Assembly: GCA_041485285.1 (NCBI GenBank)
Contig: JBGPJF010000001.1
Coordinates: forward strand, 17,669-81,668
Direction of reading: 5' to 3'
Length of the DNA: 64,000 nt
Origin: Thermoplasmata archaeon
GTDB taxonomy: Archaea > Thermoplasmatota > DTKX01 > DATEUP01
Both the position numbers and the translations under genes were made by a program. The notes under the pieces were generated by a model. The model worked only from the letters and a program-made list of their open reading frames with translations. It was not told the origin of the DNA and did not search any database. This document shows, in pieces, positions 36,801 through 45,988 of the stretch (the stretch's first letter is position 1; each line of letters begins with the position of its first letter).

Positions 36801-37976
36801 GTCAAGTGGACGAGCGGGCTGGGCACCGTCCGCGCGGGCCTCCACACGCTGGGCCTTAACACGGTCCCGCTGGCGACCGTCGACGCCAACGCCCTCAACA
36901 CCGTGGCGGTCCTGCCGTTCTTCGCGCCGGCGAACTCGTCGAACGCCTCGACCACCTTCTACTTCAACATCACCCTGGCGCCGCAGCCGGGCACACCGAC
37001 CGCCAACTACGAGGTCGGGTTCGCGGGCTCATCCGCCGTTTGGCCGAACAGCGAGATCGGGCAGACCAAGGCCTTCAACATATCCGGCTCCAGCTTCTTC
37101 GCGCTCCACCAGCTCGAGCTCGTCCAGGGCGACCACCTCGAGATCACCCTCCAGGTGGTGCCAAGCTACAGCAAGGAGCACGACCTCAACCTCGCCCTCT
37201 ACCATATCCCGCTCTCCCCCGAGATCCTCCAGGTCACTGCGGTCGCACGCGGCGGCGAGGGCCTTGGCAAGCAGATCATTTTCCAAACAAACGACACGGG
37301 CAGCTACCTGCTCGTCGTCGAGAACGCGGGCGCGATGGACACGGTCCCCTACACGCTGTCGCTCGAGCGGCACACGACGCCCACCTCGCCGCCGAGGCCG
37401 ATCAACGTGACCTCCGAGACGCACGGCCAAAACTTCATCGATATTACGTGGACGATGAGCCAGGAGGCGAACTTTGCCGACTACGAGGTCTATGTGTCGC
37501 TCACCGACCAACCCCCCGCCGTCCCCACGAACACGATCAAGACACGGGAAATGACGGCCGACCGTATCGAGGAGGTGGGGGCCGGTGGCGTCATCCAGCC
37601 GGGCAGGACCTACTATGTGTGGGTGCTCGTCCGCAACGACGAAGGCCAAGGCACTTACTCGGCGTCCATTTCAGTAACCACGACCGCCCACAGCATCTTC
37701 GAGGAGACCAACACGTGGATTCTCGTGGCGACGTTGGCCGGCCTGGGAGTCATCGCGCTCTTCGGCTACCTGCGCGCGCGCGGCGTGAAGGATGGGAAGG
37801 GGTTCAGGCTGCGCTCTTCGAAGGCGGAGCAGGTCGTAACGGAGAAGGCCAAGGGCCCGCCCGGCAAACCGCGGTCGCCGAAGGGAGAAGAGGCATTGGC
37901 CGTGCCGGCCGCGCCCCCGAAGGCGGCCCAGGAGTCCGTGGATTACATGCAGCGGGTCATGAAGGGCGGGCGCTAG
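33822..37976 (+). CDS. Giant surface protein (1384 aa): signal peptide, five tandem ~280-aa repeats with PPC-like motifs, an FN3-like domain, a C-terminal TM anchor and a cytoplasmic tail
   Basis: Recurrent YNLQLFLF / HELELIVF / YNLQLFLL / YSLGLLVF / HDLNLALY cores and ...PYTL(T/S)V... ends, matching the PPC pattern (DlDLyL...Y.l.V). TM WILVATLAGLGVIALFGYL. A TATA-like ctttataact lies about 30 bp upstream. Confidence 0.75.
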   Translation: MRAPVAMSGRQRARCVSLAVLMFMGALLPALPAALGATLADNVPFLDSLDSGNQQDDHSFNVSTGTWAALGTLVYDQAGNTGDLRSELRQGSTAGAMIASDSAGDVDSTSRLSVLAVNGFGLGSGATFWASEVLLNDAPSYAVEFEGTPTVMFANPYIDSSSIGASGVLQAYQVFLNKRDTLDIRLAVPSTYTYNYNLQLFLFGGSSSNFYSAAGVGTSGPAAQSGGPDNSDQYLRYTAPVSGWFLLLIGNTRELANVPYTLTVYTNGKALADTQPDGGTVDSWNTNDDFAFANPASDWGFVALRNDNAGYGEWVTAEMHSPTFDSNVLASESPAAGSERAGVIAVNRNAPSSASNTSLITVKWGPYALFPVAYTLEMDNRVPLLASSETPVRMNFSAGEILRGGEIALSAGQTVEIHVGVDPLFTYPHELELIVFAPGSSYYSGSGTVGTGPVASARTGVNTAQDLTFTAKSTGYYGVAVLSLNSTYMVPVDVTVKIQGGLPLVHNDVRVGVLDDGNPQDLFAFTVDSGRWGVLAGRFLAGTGAYKQQITTGGFDGTPVASDTLGASAALPTFAFEAVNGYRQAPTNYYASVVRVQNAPIYMVEYDAAPLPLPRNARTNVSVPDGQIVSAYEVNLNAGETVDFRMRVDAGYSYPYNLQLFLLAPVFQVYSTSGALAPSAYGASAGTESTEQDLVGVVPFTGSYLVVLANLGNLTEVPATIDVRINGEPLSVGVSAVSDLSAANALNYYAFSAPPTTWTVAGVKIGSASKPADTLVHSLHGPTPDSNALATDRVRGIGAEGIIAIDGFAQSTNASYFLSEESALQGANTMTFQVQIATSFVGINTVSQVVSGSLPASSQFVGFQINLNAGQTLDLRLRRAEGYSYPYSLGLLVFRPGSGNASSSGEGGGAPMVSSANGPSVEQDGIFTATTTGVHLILVVNLDTPRDIAYGLNLTVDGWPIASDTHIAGDLNSYNRADQYNFQTAGGAWTAAGVKWTSGLGTVRAGLHTLGLNTVPLATVDANALNTVAVLPFFAPANSSNASTTFYFNITLAPQPGTPTANYEVGFAGSSAVWPNSEIGQTKAFNISGSSFFALHQLELVQGDHLEITLQVVPSYSKEHDLNLALYHIPLSPEILQVTAVARGGEGLGKQIIFQTNDTGSYLLVVENAGAMDTVPYTLSLERHTTPTSPPRPINVTSETHGQNFIDITWTMSQEANFADYEVYVSLTDQPPAVPTNTIKTREMTADRIEEVGAGGVIQPGRTYYVWVLVRNDEGQGTYSASISVTTTAHSIFEETNTWILVATLAGLGVIALFGYLRARGVKDGKGFRLRSSKAEQVVTEKAKGPPGKPRSPKGEEALAVPAAPPKAAQESVDYMQRVMKGGR

Positions 37977-38165
37977 CGGCGCCGGCCGGGCAGGGCTCTC
38001 TTCACGATTTCGAGAGGAATGAACTCCTCCTCCCGAAGGATGCGATTCCATTGCGCGTCCTGCTTTGCAGGCCGACCGCTTCCCGTCGTTTTCATCAGAC
38101 AACTGACATCGCGGGCCGGTTTTGAAACTTTGGCTTGTCCAACTGCCCCCTAACGGCGGCGGAGG

Positions 38166-38930
38166 TCAGGCGTCGGGCGGCCCGAACTCCTCGGCCGCCG
38201 CTTGGCGGAACCACCGTATTCCGGTCCCTGGGCCCTCTGCAATTTCGCGCCAATGTTCGGCCAAGAAGCGCTTCGAGATTATCTCGACCTTGTGCTGCCT
38301 TGCCACCCGTTCGGCCTTGAGCATCGTGGGCCCTCGTATTACGAGCGCCCCCTCAATGAAACCACGAGCAGCGGGATCCCACGGCAACCGCGGAACCGCA
38401 ACCCGGCCGGCCCACGCCCGCAAGATTTCCACGGCCCGTTCGTATTCCTTGTACATCATGACAATCGGGTCGCGCAGCCCGCCCTTCGAGAGGGTCATCT
38501 CAGTCCCGTCAACAAACGTCACGATCGTAAATGGGACGCGGTGGCGGTTCGAGACCGTGGAGTCGATGGAGTACACGTCGGCGAGACGCCGATAGGGCGT
38601 GGCTCCGAAGCCGCTCGAGACGCCCCCCCGATAGATGCGGAAAGGCGTGACGCCGGCGTATTTTGGCTTCTCGATCTTGATGCCGATGAGCGCGCCGACG
38701 AGAAGGAGGGCCTCAAGGGGGACGACCGTCGTCAAGAAACCGGATTGCCCCGGGGGCGGGAGCAGGAAGTAGAAGGGGGCGAACCCCACGCTCAGCCCCA
38801 TGACCATCCACAGGCCCATGTAAACGCGGCCACGGCGCCACCGGTACGCACCCGGAGGCTCTTCGAAGAGAATCTCGCCACCGTCCTTTTCCCCCTCGGC
38901 GAAGGAGCGTGCGGCGGCGGCATCGTTCAC
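38166..38930 (-). CDS. Hypothetical membrane protein (2 TM, then a globular domain; possibly bacterial-PH-like)
   Basis: Hydrophobic segments MGLWMVMGLSVGFAPFYFLL and LEALLLVGALIGI. No confident family. Confidence 0.4.
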   Translation of the reverse strand: MNDAAAARSFAEGEKDGGEILFEEPPGAYRWRRGRVYMGLWMVMGLSVGFAPFYFLLPPPGQSGFLTTVVPLEALLLVGALIGIKIEKPKYAGVTPFRIYRGGVSSGFGATPYRRLADVYSIDSTVSNRHRVPFTIVTFVDGTEMTLSKGGLRDPIVMMYKEYERAVEILRAWAGRVAVPRLPWDPAARGFIEGALVIRGPTMLKAERVARQHKVEIISKRFLAEHWREIAEGPGTGIRWFRQAAAEEFGPPDA

Positions 38931-39018
38931 AAGCGCCGCCTCGTCGCCGCCTTACGGGTATCAAGTCTATATTCCCCCGCCGCGCTCCGTCGGCTGAAAT
39001 GCCTGCGGGTGCACTTCA

Positions 39019-42000
39019 GTGGCCATACAGCCCCCTCCAGCCGAGTACAAACCCCAAGCGGTCGAGGCCGAAATCCTCGACTTCTGGCGGCGCGAGCGCA
39101 TCTTCGAGCGCTCGGTGAGCGAGCGAGCTTCCGGCCCGCCCTGGATTTTCCTTGAAGGGCCGCCCACCGCCAACGGCAAGCCCGGCGCCCACCACGTCAT
39201 CGCGCGCGCGCTGAAGGACCTCTTCCCGCGCTACAAGACGATGCAGGGCTACCAGGTTGCCCGCAAGGGCGGCTGGGACACGCACGGGTTGCCCGTCGAG
39301 ATCAGCGTCGAGAAGGAACTGAAGATCTCTGGCAAGCAGGACATCGAGAAGCTCGGGGTTGCCAAGTTCAACCAACTGTGCCGCGAGTCGGTGTTCCGCT
39401 ACGAGGCCGAGTGGCGCAAGATGACGGAGCGGATGGCCTACTGGGTGGACATGGAGCACCCGTACATCACACTCTCCAACGACTACGTCGAGTCGGTTTG
39501 GTGGGCGCTCAAGGAGATCCACGGCAAGGGCTTGCTCTTCAAAGGGCTCAAGGTCAACCCCTACTGCCCGCGCTGCGGCACGACCCTGTCGTCGCACGAG
39601 GTCGCCGCGGGGTACGAGGACGTCGAGGATCCCTCGGTCTTCCTCCGCTTCCCCATCAAAGAATCGCGCGACGGCCCGCCGCGCTCGGTGCTTGCCTGGA
39701 CCACGACGCCGTGGACGCTGCCCTCCAACTTCGCGCTGGCCGTCCACCCCGACTTCGACTACCTCGAGGTCGAGCAACGGGGAGAACGGCTCGTTGTCCT
39801 CGAGGCGCTTGCCAAGACCGCGCTCAAAGTCGGCTTCAAGGTGATTTCGAAATTCAAGGGCAAGGACCTCGTCGGACTCGCCTACGAGCCTCCGTTCTCG
39901 TTCGTGCCGATGCCGACGGGCTCGACGGGCCTCCACAAAATCTACGCCGGGACCTTCGTGAGCCACGAGGAAGGCACCGGCGTCGTCCACATGGCGCCCT
40001 TCGGCGAGGACGACGCCGAGCTTGCGAAGGCAAACGGCATCCCGCTTCCGCGCTCGATCGACGGCGCGGGCAGGTTCCTGCCCTCCGACGGCAACCCCGT
40101 CCCGGGCGTCTTCTTCAAGGACGCCGACGCGCCGCTGCTCGACCTGCTGAAGAAGAGCGGGCGCCTCTACCGGCTTGCGAAGCACAAGCACTCGTACCCG
40201 TTCTGCTGGCGCTGCGACACGCCCCTCATGTATTACCCGACCGATTGCTGGTACATCGGGATGTCGCGCCTGCGCGACGCGATCAAGGGCGTCAACGAGC
40301 AAGTCGCGTGGTACCCCGAGGCCTACAAGCACGGCCGCTTTGGCGACTTCCTCGAGAACCTGAAGGACTGGGCGCTCTCGCGCGAGCGGTTCTGGGGCAC
40401 CCCGCTGCCGATCTGGCGGTGCTCGAAGGGACACGAGTTCGTTGCGGGGTCGTACGCGGACCTCAAGGCGCGCGGCGCGGCCCTCGGGGAGCCCTTCGAC
40501 CCGCACCGGCCCTCGATCGACGAGGTCCCCGTCACCTGCGCCGACTGCGGCGAGCCTATGGCCCGCGAGCCGTTCGTCATCGACACCTGGTTCGACTCCG
40601 GCTCGGCGTTCTTCGCGCAGTGGCACTACCCGCACGAGAACAAGCAGGCGTTCGAGGCCGCGTTCCCCGCCGACTACATCGCGGAGGCCGTCGACCAGAC
40701 CCGCGGCTGGTTTTATTCGCTCATGGCGATCTCAACGGCGATCTGGGGAAAGCCGTCGTACCGCCGGGTCCTTGTGAGCGGGCTCGTCCTCGACAAGGAC
40801 GGCGCGAAGATGTCGAAGTCCAAGGGCAACGTCATCGACCCCTGGGAGATCTTCGACGCGGAGGGGGCGGACGCTCTGCGGTGGTACCTCTTCACGCAGT
40901 CGCCTCCATGGGCCGACAAACGCTTCGACCGGGCGTTTGCCCGCGAGGCCATCGCGAAGTTCCTCCTGCCCATGTGGAACTGCTACTCGTTCCTCGCCAC
41001 CTACGGCGCGATCGACGGGTTCGACCCCGCGAAGCCGGGCCCGCCGAACGCCGAGTTGCCCGCCCTGGACCGGTGGCTCGTGTCACGCGCTGAGCGGACG
41101 ATCAAGGCCACGACCGAGGCTATGGACGCCTTCGAGCCTCACCGCGCGGCGCGGACAATCGAGGAGTTCCTCGTCGCCGACCTCTCCAATTGGTGGATCC
41201 GCAGGTCGCGCGACCGGTTCTGGGCCGAAGGGTTCGGCAAGGACAAGCTCGCCGCCTACACGACCCTCTACGACGCCGTGATGACGATCACCTCCTTGGC
41301 CGCGCCGTTCGCCCCCTTTGCAACCGAGAAGGTGTACCTGGGCATCCGCGGCGCCTCCGACCCCGCTTCCATCCATTTGTCCAAATGGCCGACCCACACC
41401 CCGGCGCACCTCGACGACGCCCTCGAAGCCCAGATGGCCAGAATCCGGGCCCTCTCTGAGGCTGGCCACCGGCTGCGCGATGAGGGCCAGGTAAAGACGC
41501 GCCAACCCCTCAAGGAGGCAATCCTCGTCATGCCCGAGGACGCCTGGCGGCGGATCGAGCCGCTCCTCGCCCTGCTCCAGGACGAATTGAACGTCAAACA
41601 TCTGCGGCGCGCCGGCACCAAGGACGCCTTCCTTTCCCGCCGGTTCTCCATCCCCATCGCCAAGCTCGGCCCCCGCTTCCGGGGGGAGGCCAAGGCGATC
41701 GCCGAGGCCGTCGCGTCGATGTCGCCCGACCGAATCGCCCCCTTCTTCGACTCGAAGAAGCCCCTCAACCTGGAATACGGCCCGGCCCGCAAGCAGGTCG
41801 AGCTCCCCACGGAATACTTCGTCGTCGAGGCCGAGCCGAAGGCCCCCTTCAAGGTCGCCGACCTGGGGACAGAGTCCCTCGTCCTCAATCTGGAACTCAA
41901 CGACGACCTGCGCGCCGAGGGGTTCGCCCGGGAAGTCGTGCGGTGCATCCAGCTAACGCGAAAAGAGGCCGGCCTCAAGATCGAAGACCGCATCGTCCTC

Positions 42001-42165
42001 ACGCTCGACCTCGAGGAAGGCGCTTGGAAAATGCTTGAGCGCCACCTCGAACGCATCGCAGCCGACGCCCAGGCCGCCTCCGTGCAGCGCGGCCGCAAGG
42101 ATGGCGCCAAAGCGTGGGACCTCGACGGCGGCAAGGTCGCCGTCCACGTCGCCAAAGCACCCTGA
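39019..42165 (+). CDS. ileS: Isoleucyl-tRNA synthetase
   Basis: HIGH-region PTANGKPGAHH and KMSKSKGN, 1048 aa. A TATA-like aagtctatatt lies about 45 bp upstream. Confidence 0.95.
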   Translation: MAIQPPPAEYKPQAVEAEILDFWRRERIFERSVSERASGPPWIFLEGPPTANGKPGAHHVIARALKDLFPRYKTMQGYQVARKGGWDTHGLPVEISVEKELKISGKQDIEKLGVAKFNQLCRESVFRYEAEWRKMTERMAYWVDMEHPYITLSNDYVESVWWALKEIHGKGLLFKGLKVNPYCPRCGTTLSSHEVAAGYEDVEDPSVFLRFPIKESRDGPPRSVLAWTTTPWTLPSNFALAVHPDFDYLEVEQRGERLVVLEALAKTALKVGFKVISKFKGKDLVGLAYEPPFSFVPMPTGSTGLHKIYAGTFVSHEEGTGVVHMAPFGEDDAELAKANGIPLPRSIDGAGRFLPSDGNPVPGVFFKDADAPLLDLLKKSGRLYRLAKHKHSYPFCWRCDTPLMYYPTDCWYIGMSRLRDAIKGVNEQVAWYPEAYKHGRFGDFLENLKDWALSRERFWGTPLPIWRCSKGHEFVAGSYADLKARGAALGEPFDPHRPSIDEVPVTCADCGEPMAREPFVIDTWFDSGSAFFAQWHYPHENKQAFEAAFPADYIAEAVDQTRGWFYSLMAISTAIWGKPSYRRVLVSGLVLDKDGAKMSKSKGNVIDPWEIFDAEGADALRWYLFTQSPPWADKRFDRAFAREAIAKFLLPMWNCYSFLATYGAIDGFDPAKPGPPNAELPALDRWLVSRAERTIKATTEAMDAFEPHRAARTIEEFLVADLSNWWIRRSRDRFWAEGFGKDKLAAYTTLYDAVMTITSLAAPFAPFATEKVYLGIRGASDPASIHLSKWPTHTPAHLDDALEAQMARIRALSEAGHRLRDEGQVKTRQPLKEAILVMPEDAWRRIEPLLALLQDELNVKHLRRAGTKDAFLSRRFSIPIAKLGPRFRGEAKAIAEAVASMSPDRIAPFFDSKKPLNLEYGPARKQVELPTEYFVVEAEPKAPFKVADLGTESLVLNLELNDDLRAEGFAREVVRCIQLTRKEAGLKIEDRIVLTLDLEEGAWKMLERHLERIAADAQAASVQRGRKDGAKAWDLDGGKVAVHVAKAP

Positions 42166-42215
42166 CAGGACGCCCAGCTACACGGGGCCTCCGGCCTTGG
42201 CCGTATGTCCGACCC

Positions 42216-42230
42216 TTTCGATTTTTTCCC
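42216..42230 (+). terminator. Oligo-T tract (ctttcgattttttcc) about 55 bp after the ileS stop, a candidate archaeal terminator
   Basis: T6 run read directly. Confidence 0.35.
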
Positions 42231-42249
42231 CACGGATGTCCCAAAATTA

Positions 42250-42272
42250 GACGCTTGTCCGTTTCAAGCGTC
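42250..42272. promoter_or_regulatory. Palindrome GACGCTTG-N7-CAAGCGTC, a candidate operator upstream of the aminotransferase
   Basis: Read directly. It lies between two CCAAAATT(A/G) TATA-like direct repeats. Confidence 0.35.
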
Positions 42273-42292
42273 CAAAATTGTAGCGCCATCCA

Positions 42293-43600
42293 ATGCGGAT
42301 GGAAACCCCCGACGGCCACCTTTATTACAGATGGAAACGTCTTGCCAAGTGGGCGCATCTCTTGGTGTTCGACGTCTCCAAGCACTTCTCCGACCGCGCC
42401 AATCAGATGACCGCCTCCGAGATCCGCGAACTGCTGAAGGTTACGCAGCGGCCCGGGATGATCTCGTTTGCCGGCGGGCTGCCGAACCCCGAGACGTTCC
42501 CCATCGACATCGTCGACCAGATCGTCGACAAGGTGCTGCGCGAGGACGGCGCGGAGGCGCTCCAGTACGGCTCGACCGAGGGGCTCGCGAAGCTGCGCCA
42601 GATCCTGTGGGAGAAGCACGCGCGCGAGGACAACGCCAACGAGAATGACCAGGTCATGGTCTCGAACGGCGTCCAGCAGGGCCTCGACATCCTCTCGAAG
42701 GTCACGATCAACCAGGGCGACACGCTCGTGCTGGAGGCGCCGTCGTACCTCACCGGCGGGATGGCATTCCGCGTCTACGGCTGCGACATCCACTCCGTCG
42801 ACCTCGACGAGGGCGGCATCCGCGTCGACCTGCTTGAGGAGACACTCGCGGGCCTGCGACGCCTCGGCCGCCTGCCGAAGTTCCTCTACCTCACGCCGAC
42901 GTTCCACAACCCCGCGGGGGTCACGATGGACCTGAAGCGCCGCAGGCAGGTCATGGACCTCGCCTACGAGTTCGACCTGCTCGTGATCGAGGACGACCCC
43001 TACCACATGCTGAACTACGACGGAATCGAGATCCGCAACCTCAAGTCGCTCGACGAGGACAACCGCGTGCTGTACTTCTCGTCGTTCTCGAAGATCCTGT
43101 CCCCGGGCCTTCGCCTCGGGTACGCGATTGGGCAGGCCGACCTCATCAACAAGATGGTGCTCGCCAAGCAGACGGCCGACCTCTGCACGAACTCGCTCTC
43201 CCAGTTCATCGCCTACGAGTACCTGGCCGGGGGCCACCTCGACCACCACATCGAGAAGATCCGCACGGTGTACCGGCGCAAGCGCGACATCATGGTGAAG
43301 GGCCTGCACGACAACATGCCCGAGGGCGTTTCCTGGACGCACCCGGCCGGCGGGATGTTCCTGTGGGCCACCTTCCCCGACGGCGTCGACACGCGGGCCA
43401 TGTTCCCCAAGTCGGCGGCAAGGAGCGTGGCGTACGTGCACGGCCGATCGTTCTACTTCGACGGCCGCGGCGCAAACCAGGCCCGGCTGAACTTCAGCAA
43501 CCCCTCGGACGAGAACATCAAGCTCGGCGTGGAGCGGCTCTCGGCGGTCGCGCGCGAGGAAATCGAAGAGGCGCGCGCCTCCAAGCGCATCGTTGCGTAA
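42293..43600 (+). CDS. PLP-dependent aminotransferase, class I/II (AAT/LysN/aromatic-aminotransferase-like)
   Basis: ...YFSSFSKILSPGLRLGY... PLP-lysine motif. Confidence 0.8.
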   Translation: MRMETPDGHLYYRWKRLAKWAHLLVFDVSKHFSDRANQMTASEIRELLKVTQRPGMISFAGGLPNPETFPIDIVDQIVDKVLREDGAEALQYGSTEGLAKLRQILWEKHAREDNANENDQVMVSNGVQQGLDILSKVTINQGDTLVLEAPSYLTGGMAFRVYGCDIHSVDLDEGGIRVDLLEETLAGLRRLGRLPKFLYLTPTFHNPAGVTMDLKRRRQVMDLAYEFDLLVIEDDPYHMLNYDGIEIRNLKSLDEDNRVLYFSSFSKILSPGLRLGYAIGQADLINKMVLAKQTADLCTNSLSQFIAYEYLAGGHLDHHIEKIRTVYRRKRDIMVKGLHDNMPEGVSWTHPAGGMFLWATFPDGVDTRAMFPKSAARSVAYVHGRSFYFDGRGANQARLNFSNPSDENIKLGVERLSAVAREEIEEARASKRIVA

Positions 43601-43601
43601 G

Positions 43602-44573
43602 TCAGACGACGTTGCCGCCGATGATGTCGGTCCCGACCTTCATCAGGTCGGCAAGGATGCCCACCTCGATGGCGTCGTCCATCCACCCGAACCGCTCCTC
43701 GCTCCGCTGCACGATGAGGGGGCGGACCTTGGCCACGCCGCGCACGCCCTTGGCAAGCTTGGCGCACTTCTCGATGTCGCCGAGCCGCGTGGCATAGAGG
43801 CCCACGCCGAAGTTCCCAAGCTCGGGGTCGGCGGGGTAGTCGATGCAGACCATGTGCGCGTCGAGGGCGCGCGTGACCGCCTGGAACGTTTTTACGCCTG
43901 CGTCCGGCTCCAGCCATACGAGCATCTCGAAGAGGATCAGGCCCGGCACCTTGTCGGTCTCGACGATTGGAATCACGAACACGGCCCCCTCCTCGCTCAT
44001 CCGCTCGAACCGCCGCTTCACCGTCCGCGGGTGGATGTGCAACTCCCTGGCCACCTGCGAGAGCGGGCGCAAGGCGTCGCCCCGCAGCGCCTTGATGATC
44101 CGCCAGTCGAGGTTCGAGAGCGGGCGAAGCGGGGGCGGCAACTCGGCCGTGAAGAACCGCACGAGCTCGGCTTCCCCGGCCATGGCGAGCAGGAGGCGCA
44201 GCTTGCGCTCGAGGTCCGCGGGGGTGTGGTAGGCCAGGATGATGTTCAGTTCCGGCTCCGTGAAGGTGTACACGCCGACGATCCCGTCGACCACCTCGAG
44301 CTTCTTGGCAAGCGCTTCCGCCTGGGCGGCGTCTTTCAACTTGACGTAGTAGCACACGGCCTCGAGCCCGAGGAGGCGGAAGTTCGGGAATATCTCGTAG
44401 CCCGCGAGGACGCCCTCCGCGGTCATCTTCGCGATGCGGTCGCGCACCGCTTCCGGCGACATCTTCAGTTTGCGGGCGATCGTCGCCGGCCTGAGGGTCG
44501 CGGCGGGGCGCGGGTACTTCCCGTAGGGCTGGAGGCCCATCGTCCGGAGGATCCGGATGTCGGTCGCGTCCAC
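43602..44573 (-). CDS. Tandem (double) Lrp/AsnC-type transcriptional regulator
   Basis: Two HTH+RAM-like halves: MDATDIRILRTM...PEAVRDRIAKMTAEGVL... and ...LDWRIIKALRGDALRPLSQVARELHIHPRTVKRRFERMSEEG.... Confidence 0.7.
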   Translation of the reverse strand: MDATDIRILRTMGLQPYGKYPRPAATLRPATIARKLKMSPEAVRDRIAKMTAEGVLAGYEIFPNFRLLGLEAVCYYVKLKDAAQAEALAKKLEVVDGIVGVYTFTEPELNIILAYHTPADLERKLRLLLAMAGEAELVRFFTAELPPPLRPLSNLDWRIIKALRGDALRPLSQVARELHIHPRTVKRRFERMSEEGAVFVIPIVETDKVPGLILFEMLVWLEPDAGVKTFQAVTRALDAHMVCIDYPADPELGNFGVGLYATRLGDIEKCAKLAKGVRGVAKVRPLIVQRSEERFGWMDDAIEVGILADLMKVGTDIIGGNVV

Positions 44574-44625
44574 GGAGCCGGAGGAGGGCCGGGGCGCAAG
44601 ATAGCCCTTGCGCGAAGCGGCGGCC

Positions 44626-45723
44626 CTACGCGCTCACCTCGTAGAGGACGTTGATCGGGTTCTGGATGTCGACCTTGCGCACTCCTGCAAATCCAGCTCG
44701 CTTTGCGTACTCGTGGACGCGGTTCTCGAAGAGGCCCGCGGTGCCGAGACCCTCGCCGCCGCGCCCGATGGCGATCGACATGCAGAAAAACGTTGAGACG
44801 CCGTAGAAAATGGGGCCCATGGGAGCCGCGTTGTCCTCGAGACGGTTGGCGCCGTTGATCTCGAGGAGCATGAACACACCCCCCGGGTTCAGCGCCTTCC
44901 GCACGTTGGTGAACACCGCGTAGGGGTCGGCGGTGTCGTGGACCATGTCGAAGGCGGTGATTGCGTCGAATCCCTTCGGAATCCCCTTCGTGAGGTCGCG
45001 CTGCTCGAAGGTGACGCGGTCCGCCACCTTTTCCTTGGCCGCGAGCGCCCGGGCCCGCGACACGCTCCCTTCGTCAATGTCGAAGCCGACGAAGGTGGAC
45101 TTGGGGTACGCCTGCGCCAGGCGCACGAGCGCCTTGCCGCTGCCCGCGCCGATGTCGGCAACACGCGCGCCCGCCTTCAGCTTCGCCTCGAGGGCAGGCA
45201 GCAGGGGGACCCACTGCTGCACGAGCAGGTTCTCGTGCCACTGGTCGGTCTGGCGCAGCTCCGCGCGCCAGATCTCCTCGCCGTAGTGCGAATGGGAGAC
45301 GCCCTTCCCGTCCTTGAACGCCTTGGCAACCGGCTCGTAGATGGCCATCAGCCCGCCCATCATCTGGAAGAAGCCCCCGAAGAAGAACGGGCCACCCTCT
45401 TCGGCAAGGACTGGTGCCGTGGACGGCAGGAGGCCGAAGCGCCCGCCCTTGGGGTCGTAGGAGAGGTAGCCGGCCGTCGAGAGGCACGCGCCCCACTCCT
45501 GCGCGTAGCGCTCAGCGACGCCGGTGCACTCCGCGATCTCCTTGGCCGTGTGGGGGCCGTGCTGCGCCAGGTCCTTGAAGAGGCCGTAGCGGTCGCCGAG
45601 CGCGCAGCACATGATCGTGAAGGTCGCGGCGCTGTCGCCGATCACGCGGCCCACGAAGGCCTCAGTCGCGGCAGTGTCGGTCGGTTGCGGTGCGGGTGCT
45701 ACGGTGTGCGATTGGGATTCCAT
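44626..45723 (-). CDS. Class I SAM-dependent methyltransferase (N-terminal dimerisation/wH-like region, then MTase fold)
   Basis: Motif I VADIGAGSGKALVRLA and ...GGVFMLLE. ATG at 45723 (MESQSH). Confidence 0.75.
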   Translation of the reverse strand: MESQSHTVAPAPQPTDTAATEAFVGRVIGDSAATFTIMCCALGDRYGLFKDLAQHGPHTAKEIAECTGVAERYAQEWGACLSTAGYLSYDPKGGRFGLLPSTAPVLAEEGGPFFFGGFFQMMGGLMAIYEPVAKAFKDGKGVSHSHYGEEIWRAELRQTDQWHENLLVQQWVPLLPALEAKLKAGARVADIGAGSGKALVRLAQAYPKSTFVGFDIDEGSVSRARALAAKEKVADRVTFEQRDLTKGIPKGFDAITAFDMVHDTADPYAVFTNVRKALNPGGVFMLLEINGANRLEDNAAPMGPIFYGVSTFFCMSIAIGRGGEGLGTAGLFENRVHEYAKRAGFAGVRKVDIQNPINVLYEVSA

Positions 45724-45988
45724 CGAGTTCGCCCTGCGAAGACCATGCCGAGGAAGGCAAAAGGCCTGTCGGCCTGCCCCCTCCATCGCGGTGACAAAAA
45801 CAGGCCCCCGTTGTCCGACGTGATGGGCCCCCACCGCTGAGACGGACAAGGTTGCCCCGCGCCGGCCCCCCGCCGCGCTTCGGTTACCCCCCCGTAACCC
45901 TTATTAGGGTTCCAGGAATTAGGATGACTTAGTCGATTAATTCGGATTAAGAAAGCGAAACGAAGCTCTTAGTCCGAGGACTCGGAAC

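Noticed and set aside
39016-43441. 539-aa and 480-aa minus-strand ORFs
   Set aside because: Antisense to ileS and the aminotransferase.
43593-45840. 353-aa and 300-aa + ORFs
   Set aside because: Antisense to the Lrp and methyltransferase genes.
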